DNA from: an uncultured Methanoregulaceae archaeon
GTDB taxonomy: Archaea > Halobacteriota > Methanomicrobia > Methanomicrobiales > Methanospirillaceae
Assembly: GCA_963701095.1 (NCBI GenBank)
Contig: OY969564.1
Span: forward strand, 1,408,001-1,472,000
Direction: 5' to 3'
DNA: 64,000 bases
This document shows positions 52,495 to 62,352 of the stretch, one piece after another. Both the position numbers and the translations under genes were made by a program. The notes under the pieces are model-generated. The model was not told where the DNA came from, did no database searches, and worked only from the letters and a program-made list of their open reading frames with translations. Positions within the stretch are counted from its first letter, which is position 1. The number at the start of each line of letters is the position of its first letter.

Positions 52495-53119
52495 TTATTT
52501 CTTCAATTTGTCAAATCGTTTGCCGATTTCATCCCAGTTTGCAATATTCCAGAATGCGTCAATAAATTTCGCCCGGTCATTTTTGTAATCAAGATAATAC
52601 GCATGCTCCCACACATCGAGGACCATCAGGATGTCAAAACCGGGAAAAACATTTACATTATGTTTTTCGATTTGCATAATAAGCGGTCTTCCGGTTTTTC
52701 TGCAAATCGTCAGTGCAGCCCATCCCGAACCCTCAACACTGGAAGCAGCCGTGGTAAATTCCTTTTTGAAGCGGTCAAATTTTCCAAATTCAGCATTAAT
52801 CGCATCTGCCAAATCCCCCTTAGGAGCACCGCCGCCTCCTTTTCCTGCGGGAGCGAGATTCTCCCAGAAAAGGTTGTGGAGTTTGAACCCGCCGATATGG
52901 AACGACAGACTCTTTGAGGGTTGCCTTAACGTCAAAATCACTATTCTCTTTCCGCGTTTTGTCGAACTTCTCGTAGATAGCATTTGCACCGTTGACATAC
53001 GCCTGGTGATGTTTCTGGTGGTGCAAGGTTAGTTGTTCTTCAGAAATGTAGGGTTTCAAAGCTGCATAAGCGTAGGGAAGCTTAGGCAATGCATAGAATT
53101 TTGCTGATTCCGGTTCCAT
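52495..53119 (-). CDS. sod: Fe/Mn superoxide dismutase; 1-nt insertion at ~52909
   Basis: [11 protein letters not shown] in one frame; [18 protein letters not shown] in the other. Confidence 0.93.
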
Positions 53120-53189
53120 TTTCTTAACCTCTCGCATAAAAGGACCAATCGAAAGAAAAGTCCTGTCTAAGTTCGGTGTTTACCATGAA

Positions 53190-53240
53190 ATTTTAAAGGG
53201 ATTTCCCTCAGAAACAGTTTTTGAAACATAAACTGAAATG
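53190..53240 (-). promoter_or_regulatory. Conserved stress-promoter element, copy 5 (sod)
   Basis: Minus strand: CATTTCAGTTTA TGTTTCAAAAAC TGTTTCTGAG GGAAATCCC TTTAAAAT. Confidence 0.72.
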
Positions 53241-53294
53241 ACTGCCCGACAGGAAAACAGGTGGTAGAAGAGAGTATGTGATTTTATAAGATCA

Positions 53295-54071
53295 TCACTT
53301 CAGGAGCTGATCCATTTTCTTCTTGTCAAACCCGAAAATAAAAGTCTCCCCTACCTGGACTACTGGTGATCCGATATGACCGGTTTTTTCGATTACGAGG
53401 TTTCTTGCTGCTTCATCCTCAGCCAGATTAATCTCATCGAATTTCACTTTCTTTGAGGTAAGGTACTCTTTGACCGCACGACACCCGGTACACCCCGGTG
53501 TTGAGTAGACCCGCACAACATCAGACGCAGCCCACGTTTTCTTAATAAAATTATCACGACCTGAAAGGACTTTATACTCCTTATACCGGCCTGGATTTTT
53601 CCTGTCATAATCCTGGTGATATTCTTCTGCCGGGAAAAAATTTGTGTAAGGCCGGATTTCTGTTGTGATAGGTTTTGTAAATTTTCCTGAATTTTCAATT
53701 TTCTTTTTTGACGCTTCTGCAAGATTCTTTTGTTCCTCGTCGCGATAGAATATGACCGTTCTGTACTGTGATCCTTTATCTGCGAACTGCCCTATAGGAT
53801 CGGTCGGGTCTATCTGTTTCCAGAAAATGTCAAGCAAGGCATCATAAGAAATCTTTTCCTCGTTGTACGTCACCTGGACAGCTTCGAAATGACCTGTTGT
53901 ACCCGTAGAAACTTCCTCGTACGTGGGATTTTCTTTTTTCCCGCCAGCATAACCGGAGACAACACTGATCACACCTTCAGCATTCCGGAACGGTGGCTGC
54001 ATGCACCAGAAGCAACCTCCGGCAAACGTCGCAGTTTTTCTCTTTTCTCCTGTTTCCAGTTTTTCATCCAT
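53295..54071 (-). CDS. msrA: Peptide methionine sulfoxide reductase A fused to a glutaredoxin-like domain
   Basis: AGGCFWC, GH.EAVQ, AEEYHQDY; C-terminal VYSTPGCTGC..KEYL..SPVV..GFD. Confidence 0.92.
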   Translation of the reverse strand: MDEKLETGEKRKTATFAGGCFWCMQPPFRNAEGVISVVSGYAGGKKENPTYEEVSTGTTGHFEAVQVTYNEEKISYDALLDIFWKQIDPTDPIGQFADKGSQYRTVIFYRDEEQKNLAEASKKKIENSGKFTKPITTEIRPYTNFFPAEEYHQDYDRKNPGRYKEYKVLSGRDNFIKKTWAASDVVRVYSTPGCTGCRAVKEYLTSKKVKFDEINLAEDEAARNLVIEKTGHIGSPVVQVGETFIFGFDKKKMDQLLK

Positions 54072-54100
54072 AGGACCATCTCTTTAGTTACAATGTTCAA

Positions 54101-55201
54101 TCATCCAAAAGTAAACGTGTACGCCCGAAGACCCGGCTCAGGGACATCCAACTCCAGAGTGTGCGTACCATAATCACTACCCTGAACAAGCGAATACAAT
54201 TGGTCGGCTTGGACGGTCACGACACTATTTCTGACATCAGCACCAGCGTTATCCGTTATCGGTTTTCCATCCACCATTACATGCACATCCGTCGCATCGT
54301 CAGCACTGGCAACGAGATAGACGTTTTTTGCATTATATTGGTACACAATACTCGCATTTCCGGTATTTTCGGCATACTGGTCAGCAAAATTCCAGGTCCC
54401 TGACAGGTACAATTCGTCAGGCTGAATCTCGGCTGGCAATACGAGAGTCTGGAGCCCGGATACGGAAGGCTTTCCATTTGCCAGGTACTGGTTCCGTGCA
54501 GAACCGAAGTAAGTTTCAGGGCTCCCGATACCTGAATAATTTATTGTCACTGCATTTCCCGGGACTCCATTAGTATTCGGTATGCTGATATTGAGACCCA
54601 GCGCTTCTGATCGTTCTACTAAAAGCTTCTGTATCTCTTGCTCAGTTTCATTGTAATCGCCTTCTCCGATATGGTGATACTCGATAAATCCGTCGATATC
54701 GATAAGATAGTCCTCAGGCCAGTACTGGTTCCCGTAGGAGTCCCAGCTAGCGTAGTTGTTATCCAGGACAACAGGGTACTGGATACCGAATTTCTGAACT
54801 GCCGTTCTGACATTGTTGATATCATGCTCAAACTGGAATTCCGGCGTATGGACTCCGATGATTTCAAGACCATCATTATGATATTTCTGGTACCAGAGAT
54901 TCAGGTACGGGATAGTGCGTTCACAATTGATGCAGCTATATGTCCAGAAATCAACAAGGATGACCTCTTTACCTATCAGGCTCCCGATAGTAATGTTATC
55001 AACGTTGATAAAACCCGAAGGCTCAGCGATCTCTTTTGCATAGGGGTAAATCTTTGCCTTTTCTGCGTTGATAGCTGTCCTGTTCCCCGGTGTTACTGCA
55101 GTACCAGCGTACGTCCGGTTTGGGCTCAAAGAAGACAGGGCCACAATTGCCAATGCAATAAGGATTATAGCTCCAATGAGTGCGAGTGTATTTTTTTCCA
55201 T
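54101..55201 (-). CDS. Membrane-anchored thioredoxin-like protein (DipZ C-terminal type)
   Basis: N-terminal TM, DFWTYSCINC, GVHTPEF.FE, SPETYFG, AYTFTFG. Confidence 0.88.
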   Translation of the reverse strand: MEKNTLALIGAIILIALAIVALSSLSPNRTYAGTAVTPGNRTAINAEKAKIYPYAKEIAEPSGFINVDNITIGSLIGKEVILVDFWTYSCINCERTIPYLNLWYQKYHNDGLEIIGVHTPEFQFEHDINNVRTAVQKFGIQYPVVLDNNYASWDSYGNQYWPEDYLIDIDGFIEYHHIGEGDYNETEQEIQKLLVERSEALGLNISIPNTNGVPGNAVTINYSGIGSPETYFGSARNQYLANGKPSVSGLQTLVLPAEIQPDELYLSGTWNFADQYAENTGNASIVYQYNAKNVYLVASADDATDVHVMVDGKPITDNAGADVRNSVVTVQADQLYSLVQGSDYGTHTLELDVPEPGLRAYTFTFG

Positions 55202-55204
55202 ATC

Positions 55205-55924
55205 TTATCCGCTCCCGAGAAGATACCCGTTGAGCTCCGGCAGGTTCGCGATGATGGAGAGTGTCTGCGTGAAAATCAAAATACCAATGATGATGAGGAG
55301 AATTCCAAAGACAATATTGACGTAATGGAGCACTCCCGAGTATTTTTTGATCCAGCCAACAGCCTGCGAGGCAAACAGGCCGGTGATAATGAATGGCACA
55401 CCAAGACCCGCAGAGTATGCAAGAAGGAGCGTGAATGCAAGTGACGGTTGATTTGCAGCAAGACCAAGAATCGCCCCCAGTGCCGCCCCCACGCAGGGCG
55501 TCCAACCGGCGGCAAATGCAACCCCGAAAATAAACGATGTAAGATATTTCGATTTTATCCCGGTTACACTGAACTTATGTTCCTGTTCCAGCCAGCTTAT
55601 CCGGATAAGGCCTATGAGGTAAAGGCCAAAAAAGATAATAATCAAGCCTCCGGCCCTTGACAACCAGAGCTGCGCGCCATTCGAAACCGACATAAGAACG
55701 GTATTCAGGAGCACCCCAAGCAGGGAGAACACCAGCGAAAAGCCGGCAACAAAAAGGATACTTGCAAGGACTATATCCCAACGTTTTCCGGATCCTTCTT
55801 TGGCAGAAGTGCCTGCAAGATAGATCAAAAATCCGGGAACGAGAGGGAGAACACAGGGGGCAAGAAAAGAAACAATACCTGCTCCAAATGCAACAATATA
55901 TGATACTTCAACCACGAGCACCAC
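55205..55924 (-). CDS. ccdA: CcdA/DsbD-beta transmembrane electron transporter
   Basis: SFLAPCVLPLVP and GWTPCVG; about six TM segments. Confidence 0.9.
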   Translation of the reverse strand: MVLVVEVSYIVAFGAGIVSFLAPCVLPLVPGFLIYLAGTSAKEGSGKRWDIVLASILFVAGFSLVFSLLGVLLNTVLMSVSNGAQLWLSRAGGLIIIFFGLYLIGLIRISWLEQEHKFSVTGIKSKYLTSFIFGVAFAAGWTPCVGAALGAILGLAANQPSLAFTLLLAYSAGLGVPFIITGLFASQAVGWIKKYSGVLHYVNIVFGILLIIIGILIFTQTLSIIANLPELNGYLLGSG

Positions 55925-56027
55925 CCAACGTTAACAGAGAGTTCTCCTCAAGTGCGGTTCATAGCGGATTTCCACGGATTCCTCTCAATGATGCATGTGA
56001 TTCCCAAGGTGTGTAGAAATAAGGCGA

Positions 56028-56183
56028 TTAGGTCGACCTATTCGGGGACATCACCCACGAACAATCTGCTTCATCCCCGGAAGACCTGCCATTCCGGATC
56101 TCTCCGGCAATAACTTCAAGGAGCATCGCAACATCATCGTTACGATCTTCATTTTTAATCGTGATTTTTATTTCCTGGGTCAT
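56028..56183 (-). CDS. Small hypothetical protein (51 aa)
   Basis: AGGAGG SD-like sequence upstream of ATG 56183. Confidence 0.45.
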   Translation of the reverse strand: MTQEIKITIKNEDRNDDVAMLLEVIAGEIRNGRSSGDEADCSWVMSPNRST

Positions 56184-56208
56184 GTTTGTTAACACATCCC
56201 TCCTGACG

Positions 56209-56796
56209 TTATAATTCTGCCATGCTCCCGGCTTCCGGCTCAGCGTCTGCAAAGAGATTATCGGGACTGCAGTTGTTCACCAGGTTCCGTATATTTATCC
56301 AGATAATTGGTTTCCCGGATGCAATGCCCGATCCGGCCTTCTGTATGACCCCGTGTATTGGTGCCGTATTTCCCCCTGATCGTGCAGTATCCGACTTATA
56401 CCGTGAACATTTAACCGTAATTATCGACGAAATTCCGTTTACCAGTATCCCCAGGTTCGAATCTCCCACTTTTTCATCAAGCATCAGGATACCCGTATAC
56501 TTCTCATCGATGTCAAACCCCCACTGCAATCTGAGACACCGGTTCAGATTAACCACGATTACGTTTCTCCGGTTTCTCCGGATAATCCCCTTGACTATGG
56601 AAGGTTTCGTGTTGTCCTGGTGTCTCAGGTATGCCTCCCTGACAACATCCCTTGTTTCCGTAAGATCTACAGCAAAATGTTTTCCTTGAATAACAAAAAC
56701 GAGCAGCTGCAAGGTTTTTTCTGACGATTCATTAACACCATCAAAGGGAAAAACTCCAAGATGTGCAGATTTTTTTTCACAGGTAACAAGGTCCAT
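56209..56796 (-). CDS. Divergent CheW-like protein
   Basis: QLLVF...FAVDL...RDV..P.IVKGII..R..VIVVNL..LGILV..I..IIWINI. Confidence 0.65.
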   Translation of the reverse strand: MDLVTCEKKSAHLGVFPFDGVNESSEKTLQLLVFVIQGKHFAVDLTETRDVVREAYLRHQDNTKPSIVKGIIRRNRRNVIVVNLNRCLRLQWGFDIDEKYTGILMLDEKVGDSNLGILVNGISSIITVKCSRYKSDTARSGGNTAPIHGVIQKAGSGIASGKPIIWINIRNLVNNCSPDNLFADAEPEAGSMAEL

Positions 56797-56923
56797 ACGT
56801 TTACTCCTCGGATATCAGTTACGGTGCCACAAAATCTTCCCTTTGACGTAAGGAGCCCGGGGGATTCTTTCCATGGCAGGATTCGTCTCTTCACCAGTCG
56901 AGATGGAGATATTTCAAAAGGGA

Positions 56924-56974
56924 TTTTTAAAGACCCTTTCCTGAAAATCAGAATTTGAAACACATTTTGAAACG
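56924..56974 (-). promoter_or_regulatory. Conserved stress-promoter element, copy 6 (cheW-like..ccdA..msrA run)
   Basis: Minus strand: CGTTTCAAAATG TGTTTCAAATTC TGATTTTCAG GAAAGGGTC TTTAAAAA. Confidence 0.75.
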
Positions 56975-57065
56975 AATGGATCCAAGAATAGAATCCAATT
57001 ATATTTTAAAAAATAATTTCCTCTATCATAACTTTTATAGTTCATGAAAGATTTACAAGGGGAGT

Positions 57066-57479
57066 ATGACACTCAAGGAGAAGATACTTGAAGTGATGGG
57101 AGAACCCCATCCCGCTGCAGTGGCGACGCTTGACGGAAAAATGCCTGCAGTGCGTTTCATGGTACTTACCGGCCTTCCTGACATGACTCTTGTCGGTGGT
57201 ACGATGAAAAACTCAAAAAAAGTCGAGCAGCTGACAAAAAACCCGGATGCGGCAATCTCGATATGGTCGGGAAAAGAATTCTCTGACCCTTATGTAGAGA
57301 TCAAAGCGAAAGGAAAGGTTCACGACGATATTTTAACAAAAAAGAAATACTGGAACCCGATGTTTGCCAAGTTCTTCAAAACGGCTGAGAACCCGGATTT
57401 CGTTGTTCTCGTGTTTACTGCATCCGAAATCACCTACCATGGCGCGAATATGTCGAGCGTGGAAGTCTGGAAGAGATAG
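57066..57479 (+). CDS. Pyridoxamine-5'-phosphate oxidase-like / general stress protein 26 family
   Basis: ATLDG..P.VRFM, S.KVEQL..NP, KKKYWNP..F....NPDFVVL. Confidence 0.8.
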   Translation: MTLKEKILEVMGEPHPAAVATLDGKMPAVRFMVLTGLPDMTLVGGTMKNSKKVEQLTKNPDAAISIWSGKEFSDPYVEIKAKGKVHDDILTKKKYWNPMFAKFFKTAENPDFVVLVFTASEITYHGANMSSVEVWKR

Positions 57480-57561
57480 TCCATATTTCAGAGACCCCCG
57501 ACAAAGGTTATTCGAGATCAGGAACATCCAAGAAGAAATTATAGATATGTTGTGATGCACT

Positions 57562-57986
57562 GTGCCAGAAAAGAAAAAAATCCTTTTTATCTGTATGCAT
57601 AATGCTGCCCGATCCCAGATTGCAGAAGGATACATGCGATCAAAATACGGGGATCGCTACGAAGTATTCAGCGGAGGAATCGAGGCTACCAGGGTTCATC
57701 CCATGGCTATTGAAGTCATGAAAGAGATTGGGATCGATATCTCCGGACAAAAGTCAAAACTGGTCGACGACTTTTTCGGAAAAAGTATCGATATTGTAGT
57801 TACAGTATGCGATGCAGCAAACAAAGTCTGCCCTTTCTTCCCGGGGCGCTGGACGTAATTAACGAGAATTTCCCGGAGCCTTCGAAGTTTACCGGATCTG
57901 AAGAAGATATACGCGCATCGTTCCGGCACCTGAGAGACCAGATTATCAATTGGATTGATCTCACGTTCAAAAAAGATCCGGATTAG
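57562..57986 (+). CDS. arsC: Thioredoxin-type arsenate reductase (LMW-PTP fold); 1-nt deletion at ~57843
   Basis: CMHNAARSQIAEG, TVCDAANKVCP; the C-terminus ..FR.LRDQI continues in another frame. Confidence 0.85.
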
Positions 57987-58263
57987 CTTTTTAATCAAAC
58001 CATCAGGGTGAAAACAGATCCGGAATAAAAAAATTGAATTTTCAATTTTAACAAAGATCAGCCTCCGAAAAAAAATCGGAGAATCCCTTAAGACAATAAA
58101 ATAAATGGACTTCGTATAAAGGGATCAAAATCAGGACGATCTTCTATTCACCTGACGATTGATGAAATCATTTTTGTTCTGAGGGTGGTTTAGGTACTGG
58201 AACATATATAATAATGCTTTTTATACCAGCACGAAGTATAGCTAAAATAAGTGAGGGCTTGAA

Positions 58264-59583
58264 ATGAAAAAAATCATGATATCTCAGGTCAGGTGCGGGG
58301 CGGCCAATCCATATGCATTACTAGCATCACGCACAGGAAAGAAAATTTCCCGTAATTTGACACCGGGTCAGATAAGGCAAAAATTCGAAGATGAATTTAA
58401 TCTCCCTTATGAACATTTGTTTGACCCGGTGCATGGTTCTCCCCTGTTTGCCTGTAACGAACAAGCAACATCCGCGAGTTCTATTAACAATATTGAGACT
58501 GGGGAGACAGCCTCCCGTGGCGTGGCAGCGCCAGTCGGCTGGGCACCCTTCAAAGGATCATTTTTACCAGCATCTCCACCCTACATCAATGATGTAAACC
58601 AAGGGTGCTCAATTAATTGCTGGTTCATCGCCGCACTTGCATCCGTTGCTTGGATATGGCCAGATTTCATAAGAAATTTCTATCCGAGCACCAATGCCAA
58701 TACCTATCTCAAATTCTATAAAGCTTATCCTGCTGGCTCGCCACCATATATGCCTACAGGAGGTTTATGGACCTATACTCCCACGGCTAGTTATTATAAG
58801 AGCAGTTATTCACTTCCCTATGGTGCAGCTGGTGTTGGTAATTATCTGTACGCTAGTCCGAACCCTGCATCAGCAACCACATCATTGTGGGCATCACTTA
58901 TGGAGAAAACATATGCGGAGTTTTTCCAGTTATCCGGTTCTGGTAGCGATGAACCAAATATTTCTACATTCAGTACCGGAAATCCCCTGAATTCCCTTAT
59001 CCACCTGACCGGGAAACGGTACTATTGCCTTGCTGATGTACAGAACGCGGCCGCCGCTAACTCTCCCGTCCAGCTGACAGAGACTGCGTATTATATGACG
59101 GAATTTAATTCTGCAAATTCGGTTTTTAACACGATTTATAACCAATGCTATGTGCCGACCGCTGGTGCTAATCCCGCCATAATTGCGACCCCGATGGTTG
59201 CATGGACCTACCTCACAGCGCCCACCGGTGTAACATACAGTAATGAAACCATCGTTGCCAACCATTGTTACTCAATTCTTGGGGTCCACAACATAAGTGG
59301 TACAAATTATATCGTGCTGAGAAACCCGTGGGGCATGTCGTTGATTGGGGGGTACGGTCAGGATCCGGACATAACCGATGGCACAGTTATCTCTTCATAT
59401 TCAGGAACATCAGCCGCAAATGCGACATGGACCGTAAGTCTGCCCCCAATAGGTTCTAACAATAACTCAACCCAAGGCACCGCTACATCCCTGACTGTCA
59501 ATCTTGCCGCTCAGGACGGGATCTTTGCCATTACCCCGGCAGCCTTCCTAGAGAATTTCGCGGGATTTGGTTGGGCATATTAA
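58264..59583 (+). CDS. Calpain-like cysteine protease (peptidase C2 catalytic domain)
   Basis: DVNQG..NCWFIAAL (Cys), WASLMEKTYA, NHCYSI (His), LRNPWG (Asn). Confidence 0.82.
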   Translation: MKKIMISQVRCGAANPYALLASRTGKKISRNLTPGQIRQKFEDEFNLPYEHLFDPVHGSPLFACNEQATSASSINNIETGETASRGVAAPVGWAPFKGSFLPASPPYINDVNQGCSINCWFIAALASVAWIWPDFIRNFYPSTNANTYLKFYKAYPAGSPPYMPTGGLWTYTPTASYYKSSYSLPYGAAGVGNYLYASPNPASATTSLWASLMEKTYAEFFQLSGSGSDEPNISTFSTGNPLNSLIHLTGKRYYCLADVQNAAAANSPVQLTETAYYMTEFNSANSVFNTIYNQCYVPTAGANPAIIATPMVAWTYLTAPTGVTYSNETIVANHCYSILGVHNISGTNYIVLRNPWGMSLIGGYGQDPDITDGTVISSYSGTSAANATWTVSLPPIGSNNNSTQGTATSLTVNLAAQDGIFAITPAAFLENFAGFGWAY

Positions 59584-59659
59584 AAGATCTCATGACAAAA
59601 GGGAGAGCACGTAATTGAAGAAAATCGTGAAATCTGAACATAACAGGAATTGATCGCCT

Positions 59660-62307
59660 ATGAAACGACAGTACTTCCATCATGTGCTGCGAGTTCTTGG
59701 TTTCCTCTTTTTCATTTCTTTATTTCTGGTGATGATATGTGCTGCCAACCCTTATGGTATTGAAACCATTATCACAAACGGTCCAATGTCTCAGCAGCAT
59801 CATCCAGCCGTCAATGGGACGAGGATTGTGTGGGATGACCAGACCAACCCCCTTGGCCACATCTTTATATACGACATTGCGACGGGGAATATTACCCGGA
59901 TTGTGAACAATCCTGCTGCTCAGTATTATCCTTCGATATCAGGTAACCTTACTGTATGGCAGGATGCACGAAACGGTGGCTGGGATATTTATATGTATAA
60001 TCTCACCGATCAGACAGAACATGAAATTACATCTTCACATTCTGCCCAGCACCCTGCTATTTCAGGAGATAAGATCGTATGGCAGGATGGGCGGAGTGGT
60101 CATTGGAATATTTATATGTACAACATTACCGAAGCGAAAGAATATTTGATCACTCCTGAAGCCGTTACCTATGATACGATGCTACCGGCAATTTCCGGTA
60201 ACCTCATTGTCTGGGGGGATTACCGGTATGATCCGACAGATACCAAACCGGTCGTTTTTATGAACGATACGAGTACTTGGACGACATCCCAGATTTCATC
60301 AGATACCACAGGTTCCTATTTCCAAGGCGTTCCATCGATTTCCAGTAACAAAATCGTGTGGGTTGATGATTTCCCCAATTTTCCGAATTCCACGATCATG
60401 TTGAGCCAGATCAGCGGGGGGAGCAGCAGATCTCAGACGGGAATTCCGGGCCATTCTCTGATGGCCAGATGGCTCCCTCAATTGACGGGAACCGGGTAGT
60501 GTGGGTAGATTTCGAAGGTGATCCGACTAACGGGATGATCTATATGAATGAAACAGATAACCCTTCTTTTTATCAGATCCCTATAGCCTCCAGTTTATAT
60601 GGAGAGCCTCTCTTAAATCCAAAAATTTCCGGTAACCGGATCGTCTGGGAAGAGGCCAATTCCCAAGGTCTGTCAAACATCCATCTTTTCACAATCGGTG
60701 CATCAGGCACCTGTCCTATTGTAACCTTTACAAAAAGTGCCACGAGCGGCGGTGCACCGCTTAGCGTCTCCTTTACCGATACAACAACTCCCGAATATTC
60801 TCCTGCACATTGGTTCTGGAATTTCGGCGATGGAATCGGTTCCTATGAGCAGAATCCCGTACACCAGTTCATGGCAAACGGGCAGTACCTTGTCAACCTG
60901 ACTGTAAGCGATGCCTACTGCAGGAACCTATCAACAAGCCAGACCATCACGGTGGGATCACCGGTCGCACAATTCACCGGAACGCCTTTATCCGGTCTGG
61001 TACCAGTCAATGTGCAGTTTAACGATACATCAACCGGGACCTCAATTAATATATGGAACTGGTCATTCGGAGACAATACATGGTATAACACCACCCTTCC
61101 CAGCCAGAAGAACCCCGCCCATCAGTACAGCCAGCCCGGCACCTATTCAGTCCAGCTCTTCGTGACAAATCCATACGGGACCGGTAATTTAACACGGAAC
61201 GGGTATATCACCGTTCTCCCGGGGGTGCAGGCCCTTGCAACAACCCCCATCAATGGAATCGGTGTAGATAACCGGTACGGCGGACAGTATCTTACCTATA
61301 ACATCACTCTTGCCGGGAACCCGACATTAAATCCAGCGCATTCTATTCTCGTATCGTTCCCCCCTGGGGCAAACGGCTGGCAGAATGTCACATTCGTTGC
61401 ATCAGATGCGATGGGATTTTCTGACACCGGGGGGAATTACACTGGCAATATTTCCCGGGTATACATCCAGACAGAAAATATTGCAGCAACGGGATTTTCA
61501 TCCGCACTTGGCAATCCGGTGTTTGTAAGTTACCTGATGGACCTTCCGGGTTATCCGGATCCGGCAAGTCTCAACACCGAGGTCTGGGAGAGCGCTCTTG
61601 CACAGGATAACACCAGTTTATCAAGCATTGCTCTTAAGAGCGGTTTTACACTTGTCGATTCCGTAGCCTACACAGCGAACTTTACCAAGACAAATATTGG
61701 AAATGCCGGCAATGTCACCATAAACATGAGTGTGACTCCTTCTTGGGTTGCCGGGGCTGGTACAACCGACATCACCGCGATCGGGATAAATCCCTCCACG
61801 GGAATTAGAGTGGGCACTATTCTCCCTACCCGTTATGCAGGTACAGATGGAACCCTTGATTATTTTACTGCAGATATTCCTTCACAATATGCATATTTCT
61901 CCAAATTTATCCTCGCAAAATACAGCGGTTCAGGTAACCTTTTCCAAATCATCACATTAGTAGTGAGTAACGAAATACAGAGTCCGGCGAATACAAGATA
62001 CGCAGGCAGCGGCAGCTGGAGTGGGTCGGGTAATAGTCCACCCACGTATTCTCCCACCGCAGTTCAGACAAATGTCATGCCACAGGTAACTGTATCCTCT
62101 CAGCAAACGGCGCCGAACCCCGTTATTACTTTCAACCCAATACCGGCACCCCCGGCACCGACGGCGCTGAGCACGGACGTAGGAATTATTGGCTGGCTCA
62201 CTGAAACCTTCGGCGGACACATATACCTTGTTGGAGCAGGAGGGATTGCTGTCATGTCGTTGATTTATATACGAAGGCGAAGACGCCGGTTTGACCCCCT
62301 GGGATGA
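59660..62307 (+). CDS. Beta-propeller + PKD cell-surface protein; frameshift in the G-run at ~60420
   Basis: Signal peptide, P.ISG..IVW.D.R repeats, two W.W.FGD..NP.H PKD domains, C-terminal TM + RRRRRR. Confidence 0.85.
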
Positions 62308-62352
62308 ATGAACATGAGGATCCCTTTTCAGGGGTCCCGGATAGGCAGCAAA

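Noticed and set aside
38604..56974. TGTTTCAAAA repeats as CRISPR repeats or IS ends
   Set aside because: GTTTCAA resembles the start of some archaeal CRISPR repeats, but the period is 12 bp, there are no spacers, the copies are dispersed at promoters, and there are no cas or transposase genes.
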